A stretch of 64,000 nt of DNA from Gammaproteobacteria bacterium (GTDB taxonomy: Bacteria > Pseudomonadota > Gammaproteobacteria > UBA4575), in the NCBI GenBank assembly GCA_965243395.1, contig CBDEUS010000002.1, forward strand, positions 160,001 through 224,000. Reading direction: 5' to 3'. The position numbers and the translations under genes are program-made. The notes below the pieces were generated by a model, which was not told the origin of the DNA, ran no database searches, and saw only the letters and a list, made by a program, of their open reading frames with translations. Below are positions 18,630 through 29,183 of the stretch, one piece after another (the first letter of the stretch is position 1; every line of letters begins with the position of its first letter).

Positions 18630-18693
18630 ATAATTATCTCTTTATCATTCAATCAATTTAATTATTTAACTCTATTGATAAATCTATCTATGT

Positions 18694-20289
18694 TTACCAG
18701 TCTGGCCTGCGCAATTTATTCTTAGCCTCTTCTGGTGACGATGCTTTTATTGCTTCAGTGTCAAGCAATCTTCCCCAATCTGTACGTTGCTGCATCTGCT
18801 GTTGTATTTCTGCAGGTACTAATGGCTTTCCTTCTCGAATTTCCCAACCACCACCTAGTGCTTTATATGTAGCAATTAGATTTCTAGCAATCTCACTGCG
18901 TGACTGAGTCCATAGATCCTGTTGAGTCAATAATGAATCATCCGAATCTAGTACTCGTTGATAATCAACAACACCTTCTTGATATTGAATAAGCGCAAGT
19001 TCAGCGGAACGGCTTGCTGCTGAGAAACTACTGTGTAAATGTTTTTCAGCTTCTTGCGATTTAAGGAAACCAACTATCGAATCTTCAACTTCTGCTGCAG
19101 CGCGTAATACAGTTTCCTGATAATCTGCAACAGATTGTTGGAATCGCGCATCTTGAGAGCGAACATCATTTTTAATTCTTCCAAAGTTAAAAATATTCCA
19201 GCGGAAACCAGGGCCCCCAACAAATTCTAGGCTGCTACCATTGAAAAGTTCGTCTGCTCCATCTTTACCACTTCTTGTGGTATTGGTACCAGCACTTGCC
19301 CTAACTCCAATAGTTCCGAAGATTGAAAAATTTGGATATAACTCAGCTTCAGCCACTCCAATAAGCGCACTTTGTGCAGCAGCTTCAAACTCAGCTCGAC
19401 GTATATCGGGACGTCGACGCAATAATTCTGCAGGTATATCTACAACAACTTCAGTTGGTGCAATAGGAATTCCATTTGCGCCTTTTAACTCACTAAGTAA
19501 CTCACCAGGTGGTCTATCTATCAAAATACTTAATGCATGCTGCGCTTTGCGCAATCCAATCTGTAGTTGCGGAATTGACGCTCGTGTATTAAATAAGAGG
19601 GTTTTGGCTTGTTGAACATCAAGTTCTGTAGTAACACCACTTTGATGACGGGTCTCTGCAATATTAAGACTACGCTGTTGAATTGCAGCATTTTCTTCTG
19701 CCAGCTTAATTCGTTCTTCAAACGTGCGAATAATTACATAAGTGTTTGCAACCTCTGCAATTAAACTTACGAGTACATCGTCATAACTTGCGAGACTTGC
19801 TAGTAATTCTGCATCTGCTGCTTCAATCCCTCTTCTAAACTTTCCCCAAAAATCTAATTCCCATGCAGCATCAAATCCAGTATCAAAGTCCCAGAAATTT
19901 AAATCACCTTCTGCACTATCCACGCCTGCTTCACTTAATGTGTTGTATGTAGCTCCACCACGCGCCTGTTGTTCTTGTGGATAAAGATTACCAACTGCAA
20001 TTCCTAATTCTGTACGAGCCTCTAGCACTCGCAATCCTGCAATCTGTAGGGTTAAATTTTCTTCATAGGCAGATTCAATAAAAGAATTAAGAACGGGATC
20101 ATCAAATACCTTCCACCATTCATGAAATTTCTGGTCTGAAATTTTAAGGTTAGAGTTATCCTTATCGATCCATTCCGCATTAACTTTTGAAGATGGTGTT
20201 TCAAAATCAGGACCAACTGTGGCACAACCGATCATTAGAAATGTAAGAAAGCAAATGAATGCCATTTGGAATTTTTGTGTAACTAACAT
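18694..20289 (-). CDS. Outer membrane efflux lipoprotein (NodT/OprM family)
   Basis: GCATVGPD, WELDFWG, LLRRRPDI, YKALGGGW. Confidence 0.9.
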   Translation of the reverse strand: MLVTQKFQMAFICFLTFLMIGCATVGPDFETPSSKVNAEWIDKDNSNLKISDQKFHEWWKVFDDPVLNSFIESAYEENLTLQIAGLRVLEARTELGIAVGNLYPQEQQARGGATYNTLSEAGVDSAEGDLNFWDFDTGFDAAWELDFWGKFRRGIEAADAELLASLASYDDVLVSLIAEVANTYVIIRTFEERIKLAEENAAIQQRSLNIAETRHQSGVTTELDVQQAKTLLFNTRASIPQLQIGLRKAQHALSILIDRPPGELLSELKGANGIPIAPTEVVVDIPAELLRRRPDIRRAEFEAAAQSALIGVAEAELYPNFSIFGTIGVRASAGTNTTRSGKDGADELFNGSSLEFVGGPGFRWNIFNFGRIKNDVRSQDARFQQSVADYQETVLRAAAEVEDSIVGFLKSQEAEKHLHSSFSAASRSAELALIQYQEGVVDYQRVLDSDDSLLTQQDLWTQSRSEIARNLIATYKALGGGWEIREGKPLVPAEIQQQMQQRTDWGRLLDTEAIKASSPEEAKNKLRRPDW

Positions 20290-20300
20290 TTCCTCTCCTA

Positions 20301-20990
20301 TTAAACCTCTACCGATTTGACTGACGAACTCCCTGCCTGAGAAATTTGCAAACCCACCAATCGTGCAACTAATATCGTCAAATATAGTTGACCGATAATG
20401 GCTTCGATATATACAAATGCAGAAATTTGAATTGTATTAGGAGAAATATCTCCATAACCCAATGTTGATAACGTCACAAAGCTGAAATAAATAAAGCCAT
20501 AAAGTTGTGCTTGTGGATCATCAGACATAAATGCAGGTTCCGAGAACGAACCAGGAACAAGAATGCTAAATGCTAAATAGAAGAACGCAAAAGCGAGCCC
20601 AATCAACAGATAGATACTAACAGCAGAGTAAATCATGCTCATGGAGATACGTTCTCCTTGCCTAAATATTTCTTGCAAGAGAATTACTGCTACATAGGAA
20701 AAGAATGTAGCTCCCGAAAATGAGCTGATCAATTCAACAGTTTGGTTTGATTCTGCTTGAGCAAACCAACCACAAATAAGGAAAATTAAGGCTAATGCTA
20801 AAGATATTAAAAAGTGTGTTTTAGTTCGACTCGCAATAATTACGCCATAGATAAGAATTGCAATAACGAATATATCAATCAAAATTTCCCATGTTAATTG
20901 GGCGCTTATGATCGGATAAATAACAAGTAACGCAAATAATGAAATAGTTAAGACTAAGTGTGTGTGTTTTTCTTCTAATAGTTTTTTCAT
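20301..20990 (-). CDS. Potassium channel family membrane protein
   Basis: YFSFVTLSTLGYGD selectivity-filter motif. Confidence 0.85.
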   Translation of the reverse strand: MKKLLEEKHTHLVLTISLFALLVIYPIISAQLTWEILIDIFVIAILIYGVIIASRTKTHFLISLALALIFLICGWFAQAESNQTVELISSFSGATFFSYVAVILLQEIFRQGERISMSMIYSAVSIYLLIGLAFAFFYLAFSILVPGSFSEPAFMSDDPQAQLYGFIYFSFVTLSTLGYGDISPNTIQISAFVYIEAIIGQLYLTILVARLVGLQISQAGSSSVKSVEV

Positions 20991-21019
20991 GAGTATGTAG
21001 ACCTATTAACTAAATCACT

Positions 21020-21364
21020 TTATTTGCTTACCATCCATATATGGTCAAATTTAACTTTCAGTAAATTGCCTCTAGCTACTTCAAATTCATCAAGCTCTTG
21101 AAGAGAGTTGTTATGCACTGATGATGAATAATTTTTCTTTATGATTTCCAAGTTTGTATAGGCTTTATTTGGATCAACCAGATAAGCACCCATATGTAAA
21201 TCTTGTCTTTCTTTAAATCCAGGAAGGAGATCAATCTCTATATCTAAAATTAAATTGAAATCAGAAGAAGCGACATCCTTATCGATATATCCATCTGCGA
21301 AAATTTGTGAGGAACTTAATAACAAAGTTATGAGCAAGATAAATAGAAACGAGTATTTGTTCAT
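21020..21364 (-). CDS. Hypothetical exported protein
   Basis: Signal-peptide-like MNKYSFLFILL...FAD from ATG 21364. Confidence 0.45.
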   Translation of the reverse strand: MNKYSFLFILLITLLLSSSQIFADGYIDKDVASSDFNLILDIEIDLLPGFKERQDLHMGAYLVDPNKAYTNLEIIKKNYSSSVHNNSLQELDEFEVARGNLLKVKFDHIWMVSK

Positions 21365-21389
21365 GAAAGTCACTACTAGCTCTATTAAA

Positions 21390-22418
21390 TTAATTCGATA
21401 TAACATTTTCAGATCTCTTTTTGCTATTCTTTGGAAATGGGATAATTTTCTTTTCCTCATAAAGTTTTATGAACTTACCGAGTTCATTTAGTGCTTCATT
21501 AGCTTGCGGTAAGAATGGAGTAAATCTTTGAAACCCATGTGGAACATCAGCCCAAGTCTGAAGCTGAACTTTCACATTTGATTTTTTTGCTTTGTCGACA
21601 AATGCAAGTACGTCATCAAAAATAGTTTCTAATTCACTAACTTGAATTAACATATCTGGGAAACCATTAAGATCACCATTAACAGGTGAAGTTAATGATT
21701 TGGCTTTATCACTAGGCTGTAATAGATATTTGGAAAAGCATTCCTGCAAAACAGGATGCCTATAGAAAGCATGTGAATTTGAACTTTTATCAATAAAGTC
21801 ACAATTGGTAATTGGAGAGAGTAAAACTACTGCACTAGGCAACAATATCTGTCTTTCTCTTAATAAGAATAAAAGCGCAAGTGCCATATTGGCACCAGTT
21901 GAATCTCCCGCGATAAATGTCTTTGTGGCTTCTCCCGCACCTTTAGGTCCTGCAACTAACATTTTTGTATAACTTGCTAAGCAATCAGATAATCCGGCAG
22001 GAAATGGATGTTCAGGTGCAACACGATAATTTACAAGTAATACACAACTGCCACTTGCCTTAGAAACTCTTGCTGCAAAAGGACGATATGACTCAATTTC
22101 AGAGTTACACCAACTACCGCCATGTATATAAAGTATTCTGTGATCTACTTGAGCATCAGGTGAATAAATCCATTCACATTCGACGTCATCAAAAATCGTT
22201 TCAGACTTGATAATGGTATTTTTAGGAATTTCTTGAATGGAAGAATCTACCTTTATAAATTCCTGGTTATAGCTCCCAATTACTGTTTTTAGATCCGAAG
22301 ATCCCAAAGACATCTGGTGCTTGACGTCCTTGTCAAGCTGGTCCAGATGGTCCTTAACTACTTGTAATTTTTGAGTATTTTTCACTGTATTACACTTGAG
22401 GAGTATTTCGTTTACCAA
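21390..22418 (-). CDS. Alpha/beta hydrolase (HSL/family IV esterase)
   Basis: HGGS oxyanion motif, YRVAPEHPFPA, GDSTG nucleophile, PHGF. Confidence 0.85.
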   Translation of the reverse strand: MVNEILLKCNTVKNTQKLQVVKDHLDQLDKDVKHQMSLGSSDLKTVIGSYNQEFIKVDSSIQEIPKNTIIKSETIFDDVECEWIYSPDAQVDHRILYIHGGSWCNSEIESYRPFAARVSKASGSCVLLVNYRVAPEHPFPAGLSDCLASYTKMLVAGPKGAGEATKTFIAGDSTGANMALALLFLLRERQILLPSAVVLLSPITNCDFIDKSSNSHAFYRHPVLQECFSKYLLQPSDKAKSLTSPVNGDLNGFPDMLIQVSELETIFDDVLAFVDKAKKSNVKVQLQTWADVPHGFQRFTPFLPQANEALNELGKFIKLYEEKKIIPFPKNSKKRSENVISN

Positions 22419-22453
22419 GTGCCGTCATCCTGCAATAATTACTTTTTATAATT

Positions 22454-22493
22454 AAGTAACGATTCGAGTAACGTGTTACATGACAGGTTACTT
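22454..22493. promoter_or_regulatory. Symmetric 40-bp operator with four GTAAC half-sites
   Basis: AAGTAAC-N7-GTAAC-GT-GTTAC-N7-GTTACTT between divergent esterase and TPR regulator. Confidence 0.55.
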
Positions 22494-22584
22494 CTGCCAG
22501 ATTGAGAATTGATAATTGGGCACAGGTTGCGCCGAACCTAAAAGACCAGGCATTTCGAATGCGAACTGGCGATAAAGGTGACAT

Positions 22585-24198
22585 ATGCAGAACACAAATG
22601 TAGAAACTTTATCTACGGTGAAATCACCTAAGATAGAGGAGTCTAGAGATCAACTTGCCCGTATTTTACGTAATCCTGAGTTTGTACGTTCACCTAAAAG
22701 TTCAAAATTTCTTAAGTATGTAGTTGAAGAAACAATTGCGGGAAGACAAACATATTTAAAAGCCTACACCATAGCTCTAGCAGTATTTGGAAAAGACCAA
22801 GCTTTTGATCCACAAACAGACCCTATCGTACGCGTGCAAGCAGTACGTCTTCGTAAATTACTAGAACAATACTATTTATACGAAGGAAAAAATGATCAGG
22901 TTATTATTAATTTATTCAAAGGAAGTTACATACCAAAAATCTACTATAGCGATGAACATGAAGTTGATCTAAATATTCCTGCTGAACAAATAGAAACTGT
23001 TATACCAAGCATTGCAGTGATGCCTTTTAAATTTTTAGGCGATGATGATAGTCAAGAGTTTTTTGCTGATGGAATTACCGAAGAAATTATTGTCAAGCTT
23101 TCACATTTCAAAGAAATTTTAGTCATAGCAAGGCACACTACCCATCAATATAAAGAGAAAATTATTGATCCAAAAGTTATTGGAAATGAACTTGATGTAC
23201 GTTTTATTTTAGTTGGAAGCATAAGAAAAGCAGGTAGCCATATAAGAATCACAGTGGAATTAATTGAAACAAGAAACAGTGCTGCAATTTGGTCACAATC
23301 CTACGATAAAGAATTAAGCGTTGAGAACCTGATTACAATACAAGACGAAATAGCAAATACTGTTTCAGCAACAATAGCCCAACCTTATGGGATCATCCTT
23401 GGCAAAGATCTTCGCAACTTATCTCGCTCTTCTACTAAAAATCTAACGGCTTACGAATATGTTCTTCGTTACTATCAATTTTTAAGTACATTTTCTCTTG
23501 AAGACTATGAATGGGCACGCGAAGGTGCTGAAAAAGCTATAAAGATCGACCCTAGTTACTCAGATGCTTGGGCGGCTTTAGCTATTCTCACCGCAGATGA
23601 ATACCAAATGGCATACCGTAATGCAGGACAAAATTATGAAGTTGTAAATCAAGGGTTTGAAATGGCACAAACTGCTGTAAAAACTGGCCCCGACAATGCA
23701 TTTGCTCACTATTCGCTTTTCTACCTAAATGTTGTGAAACATGACATCGAAGCCTTTAAAAATGCTGCACAACGTGCATTAGAATTAAATCCGAGAAATG
23801 CATTCATCCATGGTGAATACGGTGTACAACTTTCATGGACTGGAGAATGGGAAAAGGCATTTGACCATATTGAACATGCCATGACACTAAATCCCTCGCA
23901 TCCTGATTTTTATCATCTCCCTTACATAGCTTATTACTATTGCAACAATGATATTGAAAATGCTGCTCGAGAAATGAAAAAAGTAAATCTACCTGAAATG
24001 TTTTGGACGCATTTTTTTCAAGCTGTCGTACATCATGAACTAGGTGACAAAACCGAAGCATCAAATGCAGTCGATAGGCTAAATGGTTTATATCCTGGCT
24101 TTGATCAAGTTGCACAATCCGAATTGGAAAAATGGATTCACGAAAAAGAAATTGCTTCTAAATTGTTAGATGGCTATAAACAAGCTTGTCGACACTAA
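22585..24198 (+). CDS. TolB-like/TPR protein with N-terminal putative DNA-binding domain
   Basis: FLKYVVEET..LKAYTIALAVFG..FDPQTDPIVRVQAVRLR; SIAVMPF...FADGITEEII; TPR repeats. Confidence 0.8.
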   Translation: MQNTNVETLSTVKSPKIEESRDQLARILRNPEFVRSPKSSKFLKYVVEETIAGRQTYLKAYTIALAVFGKDQAFDPQTDPIVRVQAVRLRKLLEQYYLYEGKNDQVIINLFKGSYIPKIYYSDEHEVDLNIPAEQIETVIPSIAVMPFKFLGDDDSQEFFADGITEEIIVKLSHFKEILVIARHTTHQYKEKIIDPKVIGNELDVRFILVGSIRKAGSHIRITVELIETRNSAAIWSQSYDKELSVENLITIQDEIANTVSATIAQPYGIILGKDLRNLSRSSTKNLTAYEYVLRYYQFLSTFSLEDYEWAREGAEKAIKIDPSYSDAWAALAILTADEYQMAYRNAGQNYEVVNQGFEMAQTAVKTGPDNAFAHYSLFYLNVVKHDIEAFKNAAQRALELNPRNAFIHGEYGVQLSWTGEWEKAFDHIEHAMTLNPSHPDFYHLPYIAYYYCNNDIENAAREMKKVNLPEMFWTHFFQAVVHHELGDKTEASNAVDRLNGLYPGFDQVAQSELEKWIHEKEIASKLLDGYKQACRH

Positions 24199-24220
24199 AT
24201 TGTAATGTCTAAAATAATTT

Positions 24221-24290
24221 GGTGGATGAATGGTGGAAAATAACATTCCCTCAGTAATCACACCTAATCAATTTTTATAACTTACTGATT
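24221..24290. promoter_or_regulatory. att-junction features: GGTGGA pair (11-bp period) and IHF-like site
   Basis: GGTGGATGAATGGTGGA at 24221-24237; reverse complement AATCAgtaagTTA at 24278-24290, next to the tRNA 3' end. Confidence 0.5.
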
Positions 24291-24293
24291 TAA

Positions 24294-24369
24294 TGGTGGC
24301 CAGGGGCAGAATCGAACTGCCGACACGAGGATTTTCAGTCCACTGCTCTACCAACTGAGCTACCTGGCC
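24294..24369 (-). tRNA. tRNA-Phe(GAA)
   Basis: GGCCAGGTAGCTCAGTTGGTAGAGCAGTGGACTGAAAATCCTCGTGTCGGCAGTTCGATTCTGCCCCTGGCCACCA. Confidence 0.97.
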
Positions 24370-24447
24370 ATAGATGTTTTTGAATTTGAAGCGGGCTATT
24401 AAACGTACCTATATATAAGGAGTCAATACGTTTATGACTATCAAGCG

Positions 24448-24723
24448 CTATTTGGCGTTTGGATCTACGAATTCTTTAGGAACTTCAGAGCCTTCGCCGA
24501 AAAAGAATTTTTCCATTTCCTCTTCTAGGAACTTACGAGCTTTTGGGTCAACCGGTGTAAGACGATACTCATTCATCAACATGGTTTGATGACCGACCCA
24601 CATTTGCCAACCCTCTTGAGAGACATTGTCATAAATCTTTTGACCAAGGTCGCCAGGGTAAGGGAGATACTCTAGGCCTTCGGCTTCTTTATTAAGCTTC
24701 ACACATTGCACCATGCGCGTCAT
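24448..24723 (-). CDS. yggX: Fe(II)-trafficking protein YggX
   Basis: [31 protein letters not shown]; follows mutY. Confidence 0.93.
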   Translation of the reverse strand: MTRMVQCVKLNKEAEGLEYLPYPGDLGQKIYDNVSQEGWQMWVGHQTMLMNEYRLTPVDPKARKFLEEEMEKFFFGEGSEVPKEFVDPNAK

Positions 24724-25783
24724 GGGATTTTTCCTTCTGTTGTTGCAGGACTTGTTCAAGCACCTTTTTGACCGGCGCCGCCAAGCCTATTTTTTGATCT
24801 GCCATTTTATACCAAACCCCAAGTGCGTCTTCCATTACACTTTTGGGCTTATTCTCTATTTGAATGACGATAGGATGCATGAATAGACGATAATGCGAGA
24901 AAGTATGGGTAATGGTAGGGAGTTTATAATGATCACAAGCGTTTTTGTGGTGTTGACGTGACCACCGTAACAGGGACGTTTCATCCTTAAATTCTGGAAA
25001 ACTATATAAACCTCCCCATATTCCACTCGCTGGACGTTTTTCTAACCAAATGGATCCTTCTTGTTCACTGCGAACAATCGCGACCATCACTTCACGCTCA
25101 GGGATTTTTTTTGTCGGTTTAGGTGTTGGTAGTTCATGCTGACGCTGTTGCGCGAATGCTGCGCAACTTTTTTGGACCGGACAAAGATCACACATGGGTT
25201 TACTACGTGTGCATATGGTTGCTCCCAAGTCCATCATCGCTTGTGTGTAATGCGCAAATTGTTTTTCAGGTAACAAGTCCTCGGCGTGTTGCCAAAGTTG
25301 TTGTTCAACTTCACGCTTGCCCGGCCAACCTTCTAAAGCAAAATACCGCGCCAGCACGCGTTTTACATTGCCATCTAAAATTGCATGGGCTTGATCAAAG
25401 CTTAATGCGAGAATTGCGGCAGCCGTAGAACGACCAATACCGGGCAATGCAACGACTTGTTCGATGTGTTTAGGAAACTGTCCACCATGTAATTCACAAA
25501 TATATTGTGCAGCTTTATGTAAATTACGTGCGCGTGCGTAGTAACCCAAACCTGTCCAGAGATGCAATACATCATCGACATCTGCCGCGGCTAATTTATT
25601 AACAGAAGGAAAACGTTGCATAAACTTTTCATAGTAAGGGATGACAGTATCGACACGTGTTTGCTGCAACATAATTTCTGACACCCAGATACGATAGGGA
25701 TCTTTTATGGTTTGCCAAGGTAAGTCTTTACGCCCATGCTGTGCAAACCAACTCAACACATGCTGACTAAAAGACGGATTCAT
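24692..25783 (-). CDS. mutY: A/G-specific adenine glycosylase
   Basis: [20 protein letters not shown], HhH-DGNVKRV, 4Fe-4S Cys motif. Confidence 0.96.
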   Translation of the reverse strand: MNPSFSQHVLSWFAQHGRKDLPWQTIKDPYRIWVSEIMLQQTRVDTVIPYYEKFMQRFPSVNKLAAADVDDVLHLWTGLGYYARARNLHKAAQYICELHGGQFPKHIEQVVALPGIGRSTAAAILALSFDQAHAILDGNVKRVLARYFALEGWPGKREVEQQLWQHAEDLLPEKQFAHYTQAMMDLGATICTRSKPMCDLCPVQKSCAAFAQQRQHELPTPKPTKKIPEREVMVAIVRSEQEGSIWLEKRPASGIWGGLYSFPEFKDETSLLRWSRQHHKNACDHYKLPTITHTFSHYRLFMHPIVIQIENKPKSVMEDALGVWYKMADQKIGLAAPVKKVLEQVLQQQKEKSHDAHGAMCEA

Positions 25784-25788
25784 TCTAT

Positions 25789-26331
25789 TTATTGTTGGGC
25801 TTTGTTTTGAAGTAGCTGAACACTTTCTTTAACACGTTTCTTGAATTTTTTAGTGAGCACATAAGAACGCACAATGGGGGGTATCCAAAACTTGGGTTGC
25901 ATGTCGGCCTCATACGTTACTGATGTCCCTGTAGCACTTGGTTGTAATTCCCACACGGCATAACCTGAACGCAAATCACTTAGCATCGGCACAATAAACG
26001 CTTCCAATTTTTCATTTTGGATTTGAGTGATATCTTCTACACGGGTAATGGTTTTACAAAAAAATAAAACACAGTCTTTAATAACCGTTTTAACACGTAA
26101 ACCATCGCCAACCGGAGAGCTCTCTTGTTCACTTTCAATAATTGCAGGATTCAGATCCGCAATGTTGTCGAAATCCGTAAGCACTGTCATTACGCGCGCA
26201 GGGGGAGCGCTCACTTCAAATGTTGCACTTAAATAATACTTCTTGTCCTCATAGCGAACACCAATATCTTCAGCCATTGCGCCCGCACACAAACCCAACC
26301 AAAGAGTGAACCCTAATAGTAGGGGCTTCAT
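25789..26331 (-). CDS. SRPBCC/START-domain exported protein
   Basis: Signal peptide and polyketide-cyclase-like pattern. Confidence 0.65.
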   Translation of the reverse strand: MKPLLLGFTLWLGLCAGAMAEDIGVRYEDKKYYLSATFEVSAPPARVMTVLTDFDNIADLNPAIIESEQESSPVGDGLRVKTVIKDCVLFFCKTITRVEDITQIQNEKLEAFIVPMLSDLRSGYAVWELQPSATGTSVTYEADMQPKFWIPPIVRSYVLTKKFKKRVKESVQLLQNKAQQ

Positions 26332-28301
26332 TAGAATAATTTTAGTTTATCTTTAAGCGATTCCCCTAAACCTTCCCCTAATTTATCTGAAATCTCTTCT
26401 TCTATTTTTTTATCAATCTTTTCCTGAAGCTCTTCTTTCTTTTCGGCAATTTTTTCAGCTTGGGCACATTTGAGCGCAGCGCCTGCATCTACACCGTAAC
26501 TTAATTTTTCAAAAGGTCCTTTTACTGAAACCGGTACGCCACATTTATCGGGTTCTTCAGATAAACCAATCGCAATTTCATAGTCCGTAGTTGATTTTGC
26601 TATATCTACTTGCCCTATTCCTTTTGCATGGATCAATGGTGTGTTGAGTGTGAAGTCTTTGTTATCCGACAATCCTTTGGTGATGTTGAAGGTGCCAAAT
26701 AATTTATCAAATACGAGTTCTTCTCCTGTTGGCTTGGGTTCTCGACCCTTCAAGAATGCGGCTGCTTTTTCTACATTGGATGCCAGTTTTGCATCGCGTA
26801 ATGCGCCTTCGGCAGCATTTAATTTTACCTGGCCATCCAAGGCACGCTTCAATTCCGCAACACTATTGCCGGTCGTGTTGATATCCAGAGAAAGATTACT
26901 TACACCACGAACATACGCTTGTTCTTCACCTAAGAAATCAACGCTTAGTTTATCAATCGCTACATCGGCAATGTTGGTAGCCAGTGCGTACTTGGGAGTA
27001 TCACCACGCACATCGACACTCGCCTTACCTTGCATGGAACCGTCATAAAGATTCATCGACATCGGTGTGACTTGCAGTAAGCCACCTTTTGACGTGACCG
27101 TTGCTTTCACATTCGTCATGGTCATTCCGGAAACAATTAATTTCCCCACGGCGATATCACCATTCACGCGCATGTCCCGAAGGGTCTGAGTAGGTAATTC
27201 AATCGGTTCGTTTTCATCCGCGGGTGTACTTTCGGCTTTTTCTTCTGCACTGGAAGTCGGTAACAATTTATCTAAATCCAACAACTCAGAGGCTAATGAA
27301 AATTTAACATTAGGCTTACTAAAGGATTGCACAGAGGCATCCCCTGTGAGTTGCGTATCCACCATGGATAAAACAAGAGAACTTAGACTTAATGCTTCAT
27401 TTGCAAGGTCGGCGTTGATATTCGTTTGCATGGAAACATCGAGTTTGCCTTCCGGGAACGCATCACCCGTGCCCTCTATATTGATTTTTGTGTCTTGCAT
27501 GGCATATTTTTGCGTTGCAAAGTTGCCGCTTACATTCGAGGTCAACTCTAAATCCATTGCGCCATTTGGAAAAGACTCGCCCGTTGAATGTAGGTCTACA
27601 TTCAGCCCATTCAGTTTTAATGTTTGTGCTTTGGAATCGAAAATGGCTTCAGCAAAAATTTTGAGTGTTGCATCCATCACAGGATTTGTATTTTTTAAGT
27701 TCAAATCCATATTTACATCTGTAAGTTTACCGTCGCCTAATGCACCCGTGGTGAGATTAAAAGGTGCGACTTGAATTTTGCTATCGGCCTGATCATCTTG
27801 CCAAAGTAATTCAGCATCCGTAATTTCAATTCCATTGATGGCGAATTCCACATCGGATGATTGCGAACTTTTCTCTTCATTTGTTTTCTCAGACGTTTCC
27901 TCTGGAATCAGGTCATCCCAATTCGTTACGCCCTGAGCATTTTTGTGCAGGTTCATTTTTAAACCATGCAACTTTAATTTTGAAGCATCAATTTTGCCTT
28001 TAAGTAAAGATATCAGGTCAACATTTATATCCACTTCTTCTATGCTGGCCATAGGTTCCTGTCCAAAGCCTTCTGCATTTCCAAAAGTAGTATTCCCTAA
28101 TGAAAGTCCCAGACGTGGAAAAAGTTGAAGACCAACATCTCCCGCAATGGTGAGTTCTCTTCCTGTAGCCTCTTTGGTTTTTTCTACAATGAGAGATTTG
28201 TAGGCATTCTGATCCAGCGTCGATAAAAAGAATGCTCCTGCACCAATTACTAAAATAAGGAGTAATGGGATGGCAATGAGGATGTATTTGATAATTTTCA
28301 C
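26331..28301 (-). CDS. asmA: AsmA family protein
   Basis: N-terminal TM, ATGRELTIAG, TNWDDL. Confidence 0.85.
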   Translation of the reverse strand: MKIIKYILIAIPLLLILVIGAGAFFLSTLDQNAYKSLIVEKTKEATGRELTIAGDVGLQLFPRLGLSLGNTTFGNAEGFGQEPMASIEEVDINVDLISLLKGKIDASKLKLHGLKMNLHKNAQGVTNWDDLIPEETSEKTNEEKSSQSSDVEFAINGIEITDAELLWQDDQADSKIQVAPFNLTTGALGDGKLTDVNMDLNLKNTNPVMDATLKIFAEAIFDSKAQTLKLNGLNVDLHSTGESFPNGAMDLELTSNVSGNFATQKYAMQDTKINIEGTGDAFPEGKLDVSMQTNINADLANEALSLSSLVLSMVDTQLTGDASVQSFSKPNVKFSLASELLDLDKLLPTSSAEEKAESTPADENEPIELPTQTLRDMRVNGDIAVGKLIVSGMTMTNVKATVTSKGGLLQVTPMSMNLYDGSMQGKASVDVRGDTPKYALATNIADVAIDKLSVDFLGEEQAYVRGVSNLSLDINTTGNSVAELKRALDGQVKLNAAEGALRDAKLASNVEKAAAFLKGREPKPTGEELVFDKLFGTFNITKGLSDNKDFTLNTPLIHAKGIGQVDIAKSTTDYEIAIGLSEEPDKCGVPVSVKGPFEKLSYGVDAGAALKCAQAEKIAEKKEELQEKIDKKIEEEISDKLGEGLGESLKDKLKLF

Positions 28302-28364
28302 AGTTGCACTCCTGGCCTAATTATTTTTCTTATCGCTTATTTGACCTTGCTAACGAGAGTAAGT

Positions 28365-28844
28365 TTATGCTTCGCGCATCCATGTCCCCGATTTTCCGCC
28401 CTCTTTGCTCAGCAGTGCAATGTCTTGCAACACCATGCCTCGATCCACAGATTTGCACATGTCATAGATGGTTAACAATGCAATTTGTACGGCGGTTAGG
28501 GCTTCCATCTCCACCCCGGTTTGCCCGCGTGTTTCAGCGGTAGCCTTGCAATACACTGCAGCCGGAGCTTCTTCAATGCTAAATTCTACTTCGACGGATG
28601 TGAGGGCTAGAGGATGGCATAACGGTACAAGCTCTGAGGTTTTCTTGGCGCCCATAATGCCCGCGATGCGTGCGATACCCAACACATCCCCTTTTTTGTG
28701 CCCGCCACTTTGTATGAGCTGTAAGGTTTCGGTTTGCATACGAATGCGTCCATCCGCCACCGCGATTCGATGACTAACAGGTTTCTCGCCCACATCCACC
28801 ATGTGTGCTTCACCTTGCTGATTAAAGTGTGTCAACTTGCTCAT
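28365..28844 (-). CDS. moaC: Cyclic pyranopterin monophosphate synthase
   Basis: [28 protein letters not shown]. Confidence 0.96.
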   Translation of the reverse strand: MSKLTHFNQQGEAHMVDVGEKPVSHRIAVADGRIRMQTETLQLIQSGGHKKGDVLGIARIAGIMGAKKTSELVPLCHPLALTSVEVEFSIEEAPAAVYCKATAETRGQTGVEMEALTAVQIALLTIYDMCKSVDRGMVLQDIALLSKEGGKSGTWMREA

Positions 28845-28909
28845 TACCTTTAAATGGTATCATTTCATAATCGATTGTAGGTGAAGAATTCGAGGATTCA
28901 ATTTGCAGA

Positions 28910-29143
28910 ATGACGGTAAACGTTAAATATTTTGCCAGCTTGCGCGAAACGATGGGGCGTAGTAGCGACAGTCTGCCCATCGCTGAATCAATCACGGTTG
29001 AGGATGTTTGGAATCAAGCGACCTCCAATATGACGCGTCCCGATAATTTATTAGTTGCGGTCAATCAAGAATATGCAAGCTTTTCCAAACAAGTGGCCGA
29101 TGGAGATGAAGTTGCGTTTTTCCCACCCGTAACGGGCGGATAG
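28910..29143 (+). CDS. moaD: Molybdopterin synthase sulfur carrier
   Basis: YFASLRE...DEVAFFPPVTGG. Confidence 0.95.
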   Translation: MTVNVKYFASLRETMGRSSDSLPIAESITVEDVWNQATSNMTRPDNLLVAVNQEYASFSKQVADGDEVAFFPPVTGG

Positions 29144-29183
29144 CCCACCTTCATCTTTTTCAAAACTGCTTCATACATAAAAC

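Larger units (their letters stand above)
1..24293. mobile_element. Composite genomic island downstream of tRNA-Phe (left boundary outside window or uncertain; no integrase seen)
   Basis: Accessory cargo abuts the 3' end of tRNA-Phe. An IHF-like site and paired GGTGGA repeats lie next to the tRNA. XRE/ImmA, C-protein-like and TerS-like genes and tRNA fragments are inside; housekeeping genes start right after the tRNA. Confidence 0.7.

Noticed and set aside
36-24369. tRNA-like 36-110 or the 1166 fragment as the att direct repeat of tRNA-Phe
   Set aside because: Only the acceptor stem GGCCAGG/CCTGGCC, or the terminal GGTGG, is shared. The T-arms differ, so no true attL/attR duplication is visible in the window.
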